This document shows, in pieces, positions 27,230 to 36,671 of a DNA stretch of 64,000 nucleotides. Below the pieces are notes generated by a model. It was given only the letters and a program-made list of their open reading frames with translations. It did no database searches and had not been told where the DNA came from. The DNA is from Candidatus Dojkabacteria bacterium HGW-Dojkabacteria-1 (lineage in GTDB: Bacteria; Patescibacteriota; Dojkabacteria; SC72). The first letter of the stretch is position 1. Every line of letters begins with the position of its first letter. A program made the position numbers and the translations under genes. Where the stretch lies: assembly GCA_002840365.1 (NCBI GenBank), contig PHAO01000001.1, positions 588,360 to 652,359 on the forward strand, given 5' to 3'.

Positions 27230-28660
27230 CTATTGTAGTGGATGATTCTTCTTTACAGTTTCCTCTGCAAATTGCTCACTAGCATGTACATACCTTGTTG
27301 TAGTATCTAAGCTTTCATGCCCAAGAAGGACCTGCAGTGCAGCTGGACTTGCTCCTTGCTGAGCTAAGTATGTAGCATATCCATGCCTAAGACTATGTGC
27401 AGATGTAGGTATCTGAATTCCTAATCTTCTTCTGTACTCAGCAATCTTTTCTTGAAAATAGTTAGTTGATATTCTTGCATTTGATTTTCTACTTCTTAAA
27501 CCAGACAGAGGTATGAATAGGGCAGGGGAGTCGAATTTTTTTAAGAATCCATTTTTACGATAGTTTTCAACTAGAGATATATACTTCCTATTCTCTGAAT
27601 CAAAAACTTCTAAATTTAAACCTTCAGAAACATTCTCTGTATTTGTTTCACGATGTTTCATATCTTTATCCTTTTTTTCTAAACCCAGATCATGATACAA
27701 ACTATCTACAATACCTGGTTGTTCATCTTTAACCCTATCAGAAAAGGCATACTCTAGCCTTAACTTCAAATACTTATTTATCCATCCCAGTGCCCTTGGA
27801 GTTACAAATATTGTTCTTTCTTTTTTACCCTTACCAGTAATATACATCTTACCCTCAACATTTAATTGCTCTAAATCAAGACTAATGAGCTCTGAAATAC
27901 GCATTCCTGTTGCAAAAAGAAGCTCTAACATACATCTGTTTCTAAGTGCTACCTTTTCATCCTTCTCAAATTCCATTGGGCTTTCTATTAATCTAACCAA
28001 ATCTTCAAAAGATGCTACCTTTTTTATTTTCTTTTCACCCTTAACCATACTTATCGCATCTGGAGGTAAAGGTATTTCATAGTCCCATGAGATTCTAAAC
28101 TTAAGATATGATCTTAGTGCTGAAAGCATTCTGTTTACACTTCTAACATCTAAACCATTTTCACTTCGAGCTCTAGAATTTAGAGGTCTATCAAGTATAC
28201 CCAATGAGCCGTATACCTTACTGTAGATTTTGGTTAGGAAGTCATCCTCATATACCTCGTCAGTCTCTTTGAGGTACTCATCCAGATTTTTAGATTCCTC
28301 AGAAGGTGTATTCATACCCTTTGAAATTTTCTGAGGGCTTACAGAGCCTCTGGCGGCCTCGCCTGCAACTAACCCTTTATCTAAGCCACTAATTGCATAT
28401 TCCTTCCTTATCCTATCCAAATCTTTAAGGTGATTTCCACTTCTAAGGTATCCTTTGTAGTTTGAAATGTCTTCTTTAGATACTTTAAGAAATTCAATAT
28501 TGTTGAAATGTAAATATACACCAAATATCGCTAAATCCCTTGCGTAATTAATAATGGTTTGCATACTGTAATTGTTGTTTTGCAAATCCAACAGAAACTT
28601 GTCCTGATCAGGTAGTTTAGGTATCTTCTCAAGTATTTCTTTTCTTCTTTTAATATCCAT
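27230..28660 (-). CDS. Tyrosine site-specific recombinase (phage-integrase/XerC-D family) with two large insertions
   Basis: Core-binding N-domain. Catalytic box I TGMRISEL, box II HSLRHGYATYL and the Tyr motif LGHESLDTTTRYVH. Length 476 aa versus ~300 for Xer proteins. Confidence 0.8.
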   Translation of the reverse strand: MDIKRRKEILEKIPKLPDQDKFLLDLQNNNYSMQTIINYARDLAIFGVYLHFNNIEFLKVSKEDISNYKGYLRSGNHLKDLDRIRKEYAISGLDKGLVAGEAARGSVSPQKISKGMNTPSEESKNLDEYLKETDEVYEDDFLTKIYSKVYGSLGILDRPLNSRARSENGLDVRSVNRMLSALRSYLKFRISWDYEIPLPPDAISMVKGEKKIKKVASFEDLVRLIESPMEFEKDEKVALRNRCMLELLFATGMRISELISLDLEQLNVEGKMYITGKGKKERTIFVTPRALGWINKYLKLRLEYAFSDRVKDEQPGIVDSLYHDLGLEKKDKDMKHRETNTENVSEGLNLEVFDSENRKYISLVENYRKNGFLKKFDSPALFIPLSGLRSRKSNARISTNYFQEKIAEYRRRLGIQIPTSAHSLRHGYATYLAQQGASPAALQVLLGHESLDTTTRYVHASEQFAEETVKKNHPLQ

Positions 28661-29122
28661 ATTTGTATATATTAAGCTTAAAAAATATATAAATCAAAGT
28701 AGGGGTTTTAAAATTTTTTTGAGGTATGAATAGATAGGGGTAAAAAAGAAAAAAGTAAGGAAATATTAATAGGAATACGCATTGTCATAATAAATATATT
28801 TAACATCTAATATTAATTACAAATCATAAGCCTTAAAGCTACTCCCCTGGGCCTTACATACAGAGTACCGCATATAAGGACGATTATACTCGGTTATATA
28901 TTACAGATAATCATAACATATTGCAACGGGGTATAGCAGTATACTCCTCCACCTAAATGCTCAATGAAAACAGACTTTAAGATTCATTCATATATTCCCT
29001 ATTTATTACTAACATACAGAAGAATGTTTTAGCACTTACTTATCCACACTGTTAAAACTATGGGACATGTGAAACTATGGGCTCTTTGTGACTACAGGCC
29101 CCTACCCCCTACTCTCATATAG

Positions 29123-29950
29123 CTATGCAAAAATATTGAGTCGTAAAATAATGAAAGTTATTGCTATTAATATAGAAATATACATTAACAATTCTAGATT
29201 TTTGTTAGCTTTTGTACTCTTCATATTGGCTACTCCTATACCCACAAAGTACCCTACTACTGGGCCTAAAACTGAAACCTCATGGGTTACACCTGATAGA
29301 AAAGATCCTAAGAACATAAAGAGTACAAGAAAGGATACTAAAAGTGTTTTCCTAGTTAACAAGATACCTTCATATCCCAAGTTTTTTAAATGAATATATG
29401 AAAGAAACACTGAAACAACTATTACTAATGGAAGAAGAAAATATATAGGTAATTGTAGAGCAAGAAGACTAAAAAGGAAAAAGAAAAGTGTAAAAGACGA
29501 AATTATATATGAAGTAGTCCTACCTACATTAACAAGTGGAATATTCTTGTAAAGATTGACATTGAAAACATTTGACATTAGGAAGGAAACATAAGTTCCA
29601 ACAAATACAATACCTATTAGTATTAAAAGTAAGAGACCTTCATATATACGACTAAACTTCTGTACAAAGAAGAGTTGAACAAAGAGATACTCCGAAGCAA
29701 CAAAAAGGGCTGATTGTACAAGAAAGGGAATAGATTTAAATCTAACTTGAAAATTGAATGCCCATATTAAACCAACTGCAGAGACTCCGAAATATACTAA
29801 AGCTGTAAGAATTGTTCTAACAACATCCCCCTCATTTACCTTAAGAATTGTTTGAATGAAGATTGATAGTGCTATTAAAAGAGAAAGCGTTAGTAACTTA
29901 CCTCTTTTTACTGCATCTTCATTTGTATTGACGACCTTCTCTATTGCCAT
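29123..29950 (-). CDS. Hypothetical polytopic membrane protein (275 aa); overlaps the ruvB start, so probably in the same operon
   Basis: Roughly 7 or more hydrophobic helices. No motif recognised. Confidence 0.4.
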   Translation of the reverse strand: MAIEKVVNTNEDAVKRGKLLTLSLLIALSIFIQTILKVNEGDVVRTILTALVYFGVSAVGLIWAFNFQVRFKSIPFLVQSALFVASEYLFVQLFFVQKFSRIYEGLLLLILIGIVFVGTYVSFLMSNVFNVNLYKNIPLVNVGRTTSYIISSFTLFFFLFSLLALQLPIYFLLPLVIVVSVFLSYIHLKNLGYEGILLTRKTLLVSFLVLFMFLGSFLSGVTHEVSVLGPVVGYFVGIGVANMKSTKANKNLELLMYISILIAITFIILRLNIFA

Positions 29951-30984
29951 ATCTTTTCTACATACTTTATACCTTTAGGAGTTAATACTCTACCCCTAGA
30001 AGTTCTTTTTATTAACCCACACTTCATAAGGAAAGGCTCATGTACCTCCATTATAGTGGAAATATCTTCAGAAATCGAAGCTGCAAGGGTAGAAAGTCCT
30101 ACAGGACCACCCTCAAAATTAAAAAACATTACTCGAAGAATTTCCCTATCGATTCTCTCTAATCCCATATCATCAATTCCAAGCAAGGTCATTGTTTTGT
30201 ATACAATATCTTCACTTATTATTTTGGATTTACTGTTTTGAGCATAGTCTCTTACCCTTCTAAGCAACCTTAAACCTACTCTTGCTGTACCACGAGAGCC
30301 CATAGATACAACCTTTAATGCCCCCTCCTCTATCTCTATATTCCATAATTTACTTGCTCTTCTTAATATCTCAATCATATCTTCATCTTCAAAGAAATCT
30401 AATCTTTGAATCAATCCGAATCTATCTCTCATTGGTGAACTTATCTTCCCTATTTGTGTTGTAGCCCCTATTAGGGTAAATGGCTCAAGACTCAATCTGA
30501 TTGTTTTTGCAGAAGCTCCTTTACCCATTACAATATCTAGCGCTCTATCTTCCATCGCTGGGTACAATATTTCCTCAACTACCCTTGAAAGTCTATGTAT
30601 TTCATCGATAAAGAGGACATCATTCTTCTTAAGATTTGTTAGTATAGCAGCTAAATCTCCCTGCCTCTCTATTGCAGGTCCAGAAGTGATACGAATTGAA
30701 CTACCTACTTCATTAGCTATTGCTAATGCGAATGTCGTTTTTCCTAAACCAGGAGGACCATAGAAAAGAATGTGATCAATTACCTCATCTCTTTGCTTTG
30801 CAGATTCTATCATCATCTTGATAGTTTCTTTCTCTTTTTTTCGACCAATCATTTCATCTATTTTATTTGGCCGTATCTTCTGCTCTGATTCGTCTGTAAT
30901 ACTACTGCTCACAGCAACTTTGGTATTCTTTAAAGCATTCTTTTCTTCTGTTTTCTTACTAGATTTAATCATATTACTGAGCAA
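29941..30984 (-). CDS. ruvB: Holliday junction branch-migration ATPase RuvB
   Basis: Walker A GPPGLGKTT, Walker B VLFIDEIHRL, sensor motifs, and a C-terminal winged helix. Confidence 0.9.
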   Translation of the reverse strand: MLSNMIKSSKKTEEKNALKNTKVAVSSSITDESEQKIRPNKIDEMIGRKKEKETIKMMIESAKQRDEVIDHILFYGPPGLGKTTFALAIANEVGSSIRITSGPAIERQGDLAAILTNLKKNDVLFIDEIHRLSRVVEEILYPAMEDRALDIVMGKGASAKTIRLSLEPFTLIGATTQIGKISSPMRDRFGLIQRLDFFEDEDMIEILRRASKLWNIEIEEGALKVVSMGSRGTARVGLRLLRRVRDYAQNSKSKIISEDIVYKTMTLLGIDDMGLERIDREILRVMFFNFEGGPVGLSTLAASISEDISTIMEVHEPFLMKCGLIKRTSRGRVLTPKGIKYVEKIWQ

Positions 30985-31558
30985 GTACTTTACGTATTAA
31001 GTCTTCAATATCAATATCTTCCTCTTCTAAAAGACTACTACCCTTCTGTAGTGAATCCTCCAAAGACTTACCTGAGTATCCAAGAGACTTAAGAGCTTCT
31101 TTTAATTCCTTAATCCTCAAATCACTTTCCTTAATTGAATCTTCCTTATCAAAATCTATCTTTCCTCTCAACTCCAATATTATCTTTTGAGCACCCTTAA
31201 GACCAAGCCCAGGAACTTTACTTAGCAATTTACTGTTACCATCCAATACTATCTCCTTTATCTTCTCTATCTCATATGTTGAGAGTATTGATATTGCAAC
31301 CTTAGGACCAATTCCTGAGATAGTGAGAAGCTGTTCAAAGAAATCCCTTTCTTCTTCGTTATTAAAACCATAAAGGGATTGACTATCCTCTCTTACTTGA
31401 AAGCTTGTATACAATGTAATATCTAAATCCCTTTCAACAAAATTAAATTTTGAAGTTACAAATACTCTATATGCAATACCACTATCAAGTAATACATCCA
31501 CATATGGATTTTTCCCAATACTGTTCTTTAATACTTTACCTGATATATATGAAATCAT
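30974..31558 (-). CDS. ruvA: Holliday junction DNA helicase subunit RuvA
   Basis: OB domain MISYISGKV. HhH motifs ISGIGPKVAISIL and VPGLGLKGAQKI. Confidence 0.85.
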   Translation of the reverse strand: MISYISGKVLKNSIGKNPYVDVLLDSGIAYRVFVTSKFNFVERDLDITLYTSFQVREDSQSLYGFNNEEERDFFEQLLTISGIGPKVAISILSTYEIEKIKEIVLDGNSKLLSKVPGLGLKGAQKIILELRGKIDFDKEDSIKESDLRIKELKEALKSLGYSGKSLEDSLQKGSSLLEEEDIDIEDLIRKVLAQ

Positions 31559-31578
31559 ATTAAAACAATCTTACCATA

Positions 31579-32070
31579 TTAATTAACAAGATTATCCATT
31601 CTCTGTCTATCAAAACAAGCAATGGCAATTGCAATTGCGTCTGCTACATCATCAGGTTTGGGGATTTCTTCTAACCTGCATATCATCTTTACATTCTCCT
31701 GTACCTGCTTTTTGTCTGCCTTACCATATCCAGATATACTACTTTTTACTTGTAGTGGAGTAAATTCATGTATTGGGAGATTGGATTCTTCAATTGCCAA
31801 CAGAATTACTCCCCTAGCCTCTCCTACCACTATTGCTGTTTTAGCATTGTTGTAAAACAGTAATGTCTCTATACCACATATATCAGGATTATACTTTTCT
31901 AAAATCTCCCTCATATCTGTATGTATTTCTTCAAGGCGTTGTGATACAGACAATCCTTTTTCAGTAAGAATAGCGCCATAGTCAACAGCATGGGGTTGAC
32001 CATTTTCATCAAAATCCACAATTGACCAACCGGTAATAGCAAGACCTGGATCTATTCCAAGAACTCTCAT
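31579..32070 (-). CDS. ruvC: Holliday junction resolvase RuvC
   Basis: MRVLGIDPGLAITGWSIV, with the catalytic Asp/Glu pattern of RuvC. Confidence 0.85.
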   Translation of the reverse strand: MRVLGIDPGLAITGWSIVDFDENGQPHAVDYGAILTEKGLSVSQRLEEIHTDMREILEKYNPDICGIETLLFYNNAKTAIVVGEARGVILLAIEESNLPIHEFTPLQVKSSISGYGKADKKQVQENVKMICRLEEIPKPDDVADAIAIAIACFDRQRMDNLVN

Positions 32071-32087
32071 ACTATTAAACTATTAAT

Positions 32088-32867
32088 TTAGGCTAAGTCA
32101 CTCCAAACATTTTGGACATCATCGTTGTCTTCTAATCTTTCAAGGGCATCCTTTGCTTTTTCTAGTTCAGTACCACTTAAACTTTTTAGATTTTTTGGTT
32201 CTTTGATGATAGAGGCATCTTCAATCACATAACCCAAGGAAGATATTGAATCTCTAACTTTTGCTAAGTTGTTATACTCTGTATACACTTCTAAACCTTC
32301 CATACCATCTAATTCTGTTTCATAGATATCTAATATCCCATCTACTTCCATTAAAGACATCATAACTTCTTCTCTATTCTCTGATTCATAAGTATCTTCT
32401 TGTCCGAATTTCTCTGCCTTTTTCATATGCCCTGCCCTCAAAACGATTAAACCTTTTGTATCAAAATTCCATGATACAGATCCACTATCCCCCATTCTTC
32501 CACCGATTTCTTCAAAAAGCTTTCTTAAATCTGATACCGTTCTATTCTTGTTATCTGTAAGTGTATCAACAACTATTTGTATACCTCCAGGACCAAATCC
32601 CTCATATGTTGCCTCTTCGAATGTTGTACCATCACTCCCCTCTCCAGTTCCTTTAGATATAGCTTTCTCAATTCTATCAATAGGAAAACCAACACTCTTT
32701 GCTTTATCAATATATAGCCTTAGATTAGGATTCATTTCAGGGTCTCCCCCTCCCTGCCTAGCGGCATGTGTAATTTGAGTAGAAAGCTTAGAAAAGACCT
32801 TACCTTTCTTAGCATCATTTGCTGCTTTTTTATGTTTTATAGTAGACCACTTAGAATGTCCTGACAT
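32088..32867 (-). CDS. yebC: YebC/PmpR-family transcriptional regulator
   Basis: MSGHSKWSTIKHKKAANDAKKGKVFSKL is a near-canonical YebC N-terminus. It lies adjacent to ruvCAB as in many bacteria. Confidence 0.85.
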   Translation of the reverse strand: MSGHSKWSTIKHKKAANDAKKGKVFSKLSTQITHAARQGGGDPEMNPNLRLYIDKAKSVGFPIDRIEKAISKGTGEGSDGTTFEEATYEGFGPGGIQIVVDTLTDNKNRTVSDLRKLFEEIGGRMGDSGSVSWNFDTKGLIVLRAGHMKKAEKFGQEDTYESENREEVMMSLMEVDGILDIYETELDGMEGLEVYTEYNNLAKVRDSISSLGYVIEDASIIKEPKNLKSLSGTELEKAKDALERLEDNDDVQNVWSDLA

Positions 32868-32934
32868 ATGAAAAATGTTTTACAAAATATATATCCTAAA
32901 AGGATTTTACCACTTTGACAATACATATGGAAGA

Positions 32935-35421
32935 TTACTTTTCTTCTATCTCTACCTTATACTTATGCTCCTTCTTTACCTCTTCTTTTGTATTTTTCGT
33001 ATCAGACCTATTACCCTTCTCACTGTATGCTTGATTACTCCATCTTGTAATCTTTTCTTCGATGACCTCCTTTGGAGTACCATATTTTTCTCTAGAACGA
33101 GCAACAACTTTTTCTTTTAATCCAAATGGTTCAAACCTAGGAGGAAGAGATCTAGCACTAAATGTGTTTGATGTCATTCCATCAATACACAGTTTAATAT
33201 ACATAGAGTGAGCATCTAACGAAACCAAATCTGCAGATGTAACATTCGGAGCAAATTCCTTTTCTAGTATAGAGGCATCTGCCTGACTTACAACAAATGA
33301 TCCTAGTGTACCGACATTACCAAAGATAGCTTGTCTTACAGTTAAAGGTAATTGATCTATATATTGATTAGTCATACACAAATCTAATTTAAACTTCCTT
33401 GCTTCAGAAAGAATCTTAGCAAAAGAATCCGTAGCAAAATTCTGGAACTCATCTACAAACAAGAAGAAGTCCTTTCTTTCATCGGCCGGCATATCTACTC
33501 TTTCTAATGCAGTAGATTGTAATCTTGTAATTATCATGCCTCCAAGTAGAGATGCTGTCTCTTCTCCCAATTTTCCCTGTGCAAGATTTACCAAAAGAAT
33601 TTTTCGACTATCCATTATCTCTCTTAAATCGATTGTTGATTTAACCTGCCCTACTATATTTCTAGTTACAGCGGAAGATATGAACCTACCTACCTTGTTC
33701 TGTATTGGAGAAACTGACTCTGCCAGCAATTTACTGTTTTGAGCCATTTGAGCATATTCTTCTTCCCAGAACTTTATCAATATTGGATCATCTACCTGTT
33801 TTAGTATGAATTTTCGATAGTTTCTGTCTAAAAGCATCCTAGGAACAGAAAGTAATGTTGTCCCTTGCGCTTCTAATGCTGTAGCAACTGTATTTGTAAG
33901 AATATATTGTAATCTTGGTCCCCATGAATTACCAAATTGCTTCTTAAATACCTCTACAACACCATCGGCAATCAGATCTCTTTGAGACTTATCTTTAAGT
34001 TCCAAAAGATTAAACCCTATTGGATATGAAGTGTCAGTAGGATTAAAGTATATTACATCCTCTATTCTCTCAGGGGGTATAAAGTCTAAAAGCTCATCAA
34101 CTGTTTCCCCGTGAGGGTCAACTAAACATGCTCCATCTCCACGTAAGATATCTGAAATGAACATATTCTTAAATACTGTAGACTTACCTACACCAGTCTT
34201 ACCAAGGATATAGAAATGCTTTCTCCTATCTTCTCTCTTTATACCAAAATCTATCCTATTACCACGATAATCAGTTTCAGCAAATACAGTAACACCATCA
34301 GTACCTGATTTAGGAATATTCATAGGTGGTTCAAGTTTTTTTGACCTACTCCATGCAATATTAGGTGTTTCAACTGAGATATTTGGCATATGATACAAAG
34401 ATGCTAACTCTTCAATATTAAGAATATCTATAATCTCTGATGAGAGATATCTTTTAAGGTAATCATTGTAAATATCCTGACCTGATTTTGTAGGAGTAGA
34501 ATGTATAAATGTATTTAGGTGTGCAGTTGTAAACTGTTTAAAACTCGCCACTATATCTCTTAAAATCTGCTCTGACTCTATTTGAGTTGGTGCTTTGGTA
34601 ACAACCCTAATACCGAACTCAAAACCTAATTTAAGCATTTTGTTCTCTATCTCAGACAGCTCTTCTTCCTGCCCAGGCTCTAACTTAACAACTTCCTTTC
34701 TCTGAGGTTCACTCTCACTACCCATATTTGAGAGATTAGAACCTATATCTGAGAGAAGAGCAGCAAGCTTATCCAAGAAACTCTCACCATATGGATTTTT
34801 TCCCTCCCTTATCGCAGTAATATATTTCTTTGAACTACTTTGCCAATAGTTTGAAACTGGTCTAACAATAATTTGTACCCATGCATACTGACCAATTTTT
34901 AAATCAGAAATTGCACCAGTAATAGCAGCAAGAGGGTCTACTTCAAAATTTCTAAATGTTTTGATGGGGAATATACAATCTTTTTCGAACTCTACCTCTC
35001 CTGTTGTTACAAAGAGCTTCATATCACTGTTTTTTTTCTGGGTATAGTCAGGTACATACCTAATATCAGCATTAGGATACTGTGCATATATTTGTCCCTC
35101 AACAAACTTTGCTAAGTGTTGAGGTATTACAACAAAAAACTTTATACCATCCTCTCCACTTGAAGCTATCTCAAAACTAATAATATCAAAAGATTTTACA
35201 GAATCTCCTAAGATTCCGTGTATAGAGGCGAACATTTGTTCCGCAGCAAGCGGAGTCCTATCATTTTCTCTAGGTACTAATATCTGCATTACTAAGGGGT
35301 TACGAACCTCTTGTAATATTTCAAGTTTCTGTTCACCTTTGTTATTCACAAAAACAAACAAAAAAAGAACAAAGGCTAATGCGAGTATTAAAAGTAAACC
35401 TATTACTGTGACCATTATCAT
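32935..35421 (-). CDS. Membrane-anchored TraD/TraG/VirD4-type (type IV coupling protein-like, DUF87/T4SS-DNA_transf) P-loop ATPase
   Basis: N-terminal TM MIMVTVIGLLLILALAFVLFLFVFV. Walker A YILGKTGVGKST. A DPHGE motif follows (LVDPHGET). Walker B FLFVDEFQNF. Length 828 aa. No other T4SS genes are nearby. Confidence 0.5.
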   Translation of the reverse strand: MIMVTVIGLLLILALAFVLFLFVFVNNKGEQKLEILQEVRNPLVMQILVPRENDRTPLAAEQMFASIHGILGDSVKSFDIISFEIASSGEDGIKFFVVIPQHLAKFVEGQIYAQYPNADIRYVPDYTQKKNSDMKLFVTTGEVEFEKDCIFPIKTFRNFEVDPLAAITGAISDLKIGQYAWVQIIVRPVSNYWQSSSKKYITAIREGKNPYGESFLDKLAALLSDIGSNLSNMGSESEPQRKEVVKLEPGQEEELSEIENKMLKLGFEFGIRVVTKAPTQIESEQILRDIVASFKQFTTAHLNTFIHSTPTKSGQDIYNDYLKRYLSSEIIDILNIEELASLYHMPNISVETPNIAWSRSKKLEPPMNIPKSGTDGVTVFAETDYRGNRIDFGIKREDRRKHFYILGKTGVGKSTVFKNMFISDILRGDGACLVDPHGETVDELLDFIPPERIEDVIYFNPTDTSYPIGFNLLELKDKSQRDLIADGVVEVFKKQFGNSWGPRLQYILTNTVATALEAQGTTLLSVPRMLLDRNYRKFILKQVDDPILIKFWEEEYAQMAQNSKLLAESVSPIQNKVGRFISSAVTRNIVGQVKSTIDLREIMDSRKILLVNLAQGKLGEETASLLGGMIITRLQSTALERVDMPADERKDFFLFVDEFQNFATDSFAKILSEARKFKLDLCMTNQYIDQLPLTVRQAIFGNVGTLGSFVVSQADASILEKEFAPNVTSADLVSLDAHSMYIKLCIDGMTSNTFSARSLPPRFEPFGLKEKVVARSREKYGTPKEVIEEKITRWSNQAYSEKGNRSDTKNTKEEVKKEHKYKVEIEEK

Positions 35422-35463
35422 AACATCAATATTCTACATTAGAACAAGTAAATATGAAATATT

Positions 35464-36669
35464 CTAGAAAGAATATATTCCTGAAATATCCTCTCCAAGA
35501 ATAATGACAATATCCCCTGTTGTCATAAAATCAGGACGACCATTAACAATTTCATATTGCCCAGGAAACAGCTCTGTAATAATTTCCAAAGACCTTTTGA
35601 AATCTTGTGGGTTAGGAACATAGAATTTAGTATTCTCTACTCTACTGGGAGCATTATCAAACCTAACTACATCACAACCTGAGTTTGCGACCTTTCTTGC
35701 ATATGAAGAAGCTTTACCTGCAATTCCACTTGCATTGTATACTTCTACTCTTACCCTTTCTCTTTCCAATTCTCTTTCTATCATTTTTTCAGTATTTTCT
35801 CTCCAAACGGTATCAAATGCTGACAATTTGAGATAGTTTTGCATCCCTCCCACTCCATCAAATTCCTTTTGATCAAGATATTTTGAACTACTCAAATCAA
35901 TCACATACGGTCTAAGTTTTAACAGTCTTGAATGAATATTTTTCAATTCAACAACAACTCCAGGTAAGGATTCTAAGGATGAATATATTACTGCTTCCCT
36001 ATCTCTAAATTTGTTAGCAGAAAATATTAAATTTAACCAGCTTAACCTCGATACAAATCCATTAAAGAAAAATACTTCCTCTGACACCTCCCAACCATTT
36101 TGATAGTACTGGGCATATACTGTATCACTAGAAAACTCTCCTAGATTTTCCTGTAAAAGAAGGTATGCATCTGAGTCTAACCAGATATATTCATCTACTT
36201 TCATTCCAAAGAGCTCTTCGAATTGCCAAATTGCGAATTCAATACCTTTCCCAGGTTGCTTAAAGTCACCAGCATACCTAAATCCAGAAATCGCAACCGC
36301 ATTTCCAAAATCACTTTCTAATCCAGTATACAAAACCCAATTGGGGAGATATATCATCACTGCAACATCTTTTTCCTTGTTTTCTGCATAAAGGAATACC
36401 TTTTCTATTCTATCCTGCTCATTATACTTATTCTCTAAGACAATCAATGTCTTCTTAAATGAACTAGGATACCTAGAGAGGAGATAATGGGTTGCATTTC
36501 CCTCCTTGAGAGGATTTACACTTTTTACATTAACAAATCCAATATATACATAGACAAGGTATCCTACAAATGAAAGTAGTAGAAGAAATAGAAATATCTT
36601 TTTTAGATTGATATTCAGTTTTATTCCACCCTTTTTTGCTGATTTGTATCGCTCTCTTCCCCTTATCAT
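35464..36669 (-). CDS. LytR-CpsA-Psr (LCP) family cell-wall glycopolymer transferase with C-terminal LytR_C domain
   Basis: N-terminal TM. LCP-core-like segment DVAVMIYLPNWV...YAGDFKQPGKGIEFAIWQFEELFGMKVDEYIW. The C-terminal RVEVYNASGIAGKASSYARKVANSGCDVV resembles LytR_C. Confidence 0.55.
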   Translation of the reverse strand: MIRGRERYKSAKKGGIKLNINLKKIFLFLLLLSFVGYLVYVYIGFVNVKSVNPLKEGNATHYLLSRYPSSFKKTLIVLENKYNEQDRIEKVFLYAENKEKDVAVMIYLPNWVLYTGLESDFGNAVAISGFRYAGDFKQPGKGIEFAIWQFEELFGMKVDEYIWLDSDAYLLLQENLGEFSSDTVYAQYYQNGWEVSEEVFFFNGFVSRLSWLNLIFSANKFRDREAVIYSSLESLPGVVVELKNIHSRLLKLRPYVIDLSSSKYLDQKEFDGVGGMQNYLKLSAFDTVWRENTEKMIERELERERVRVEVYNASGIAGKASSYARKVANSGCDVVRFDNAPSRVENTKFYVPNPQDFKRSLEIITELFPGQYEIVNGRPDFMTTGDIVIILGEDISGIYSF

Positions 36670-36671
36670 TG

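Noticed and set aside
28661-29122. Possible ncRNA (tmRNA/RNase P/6S) in the 460-bp gap
   Set aside because: No conserved RNase P, tmRNA or tRNA-like structures were recognisable by eye. Only a short direct repeat (AAACTATGGG x2) was found, and this is better explained as reverse copies of the promoter-associated CCCATAG motif.
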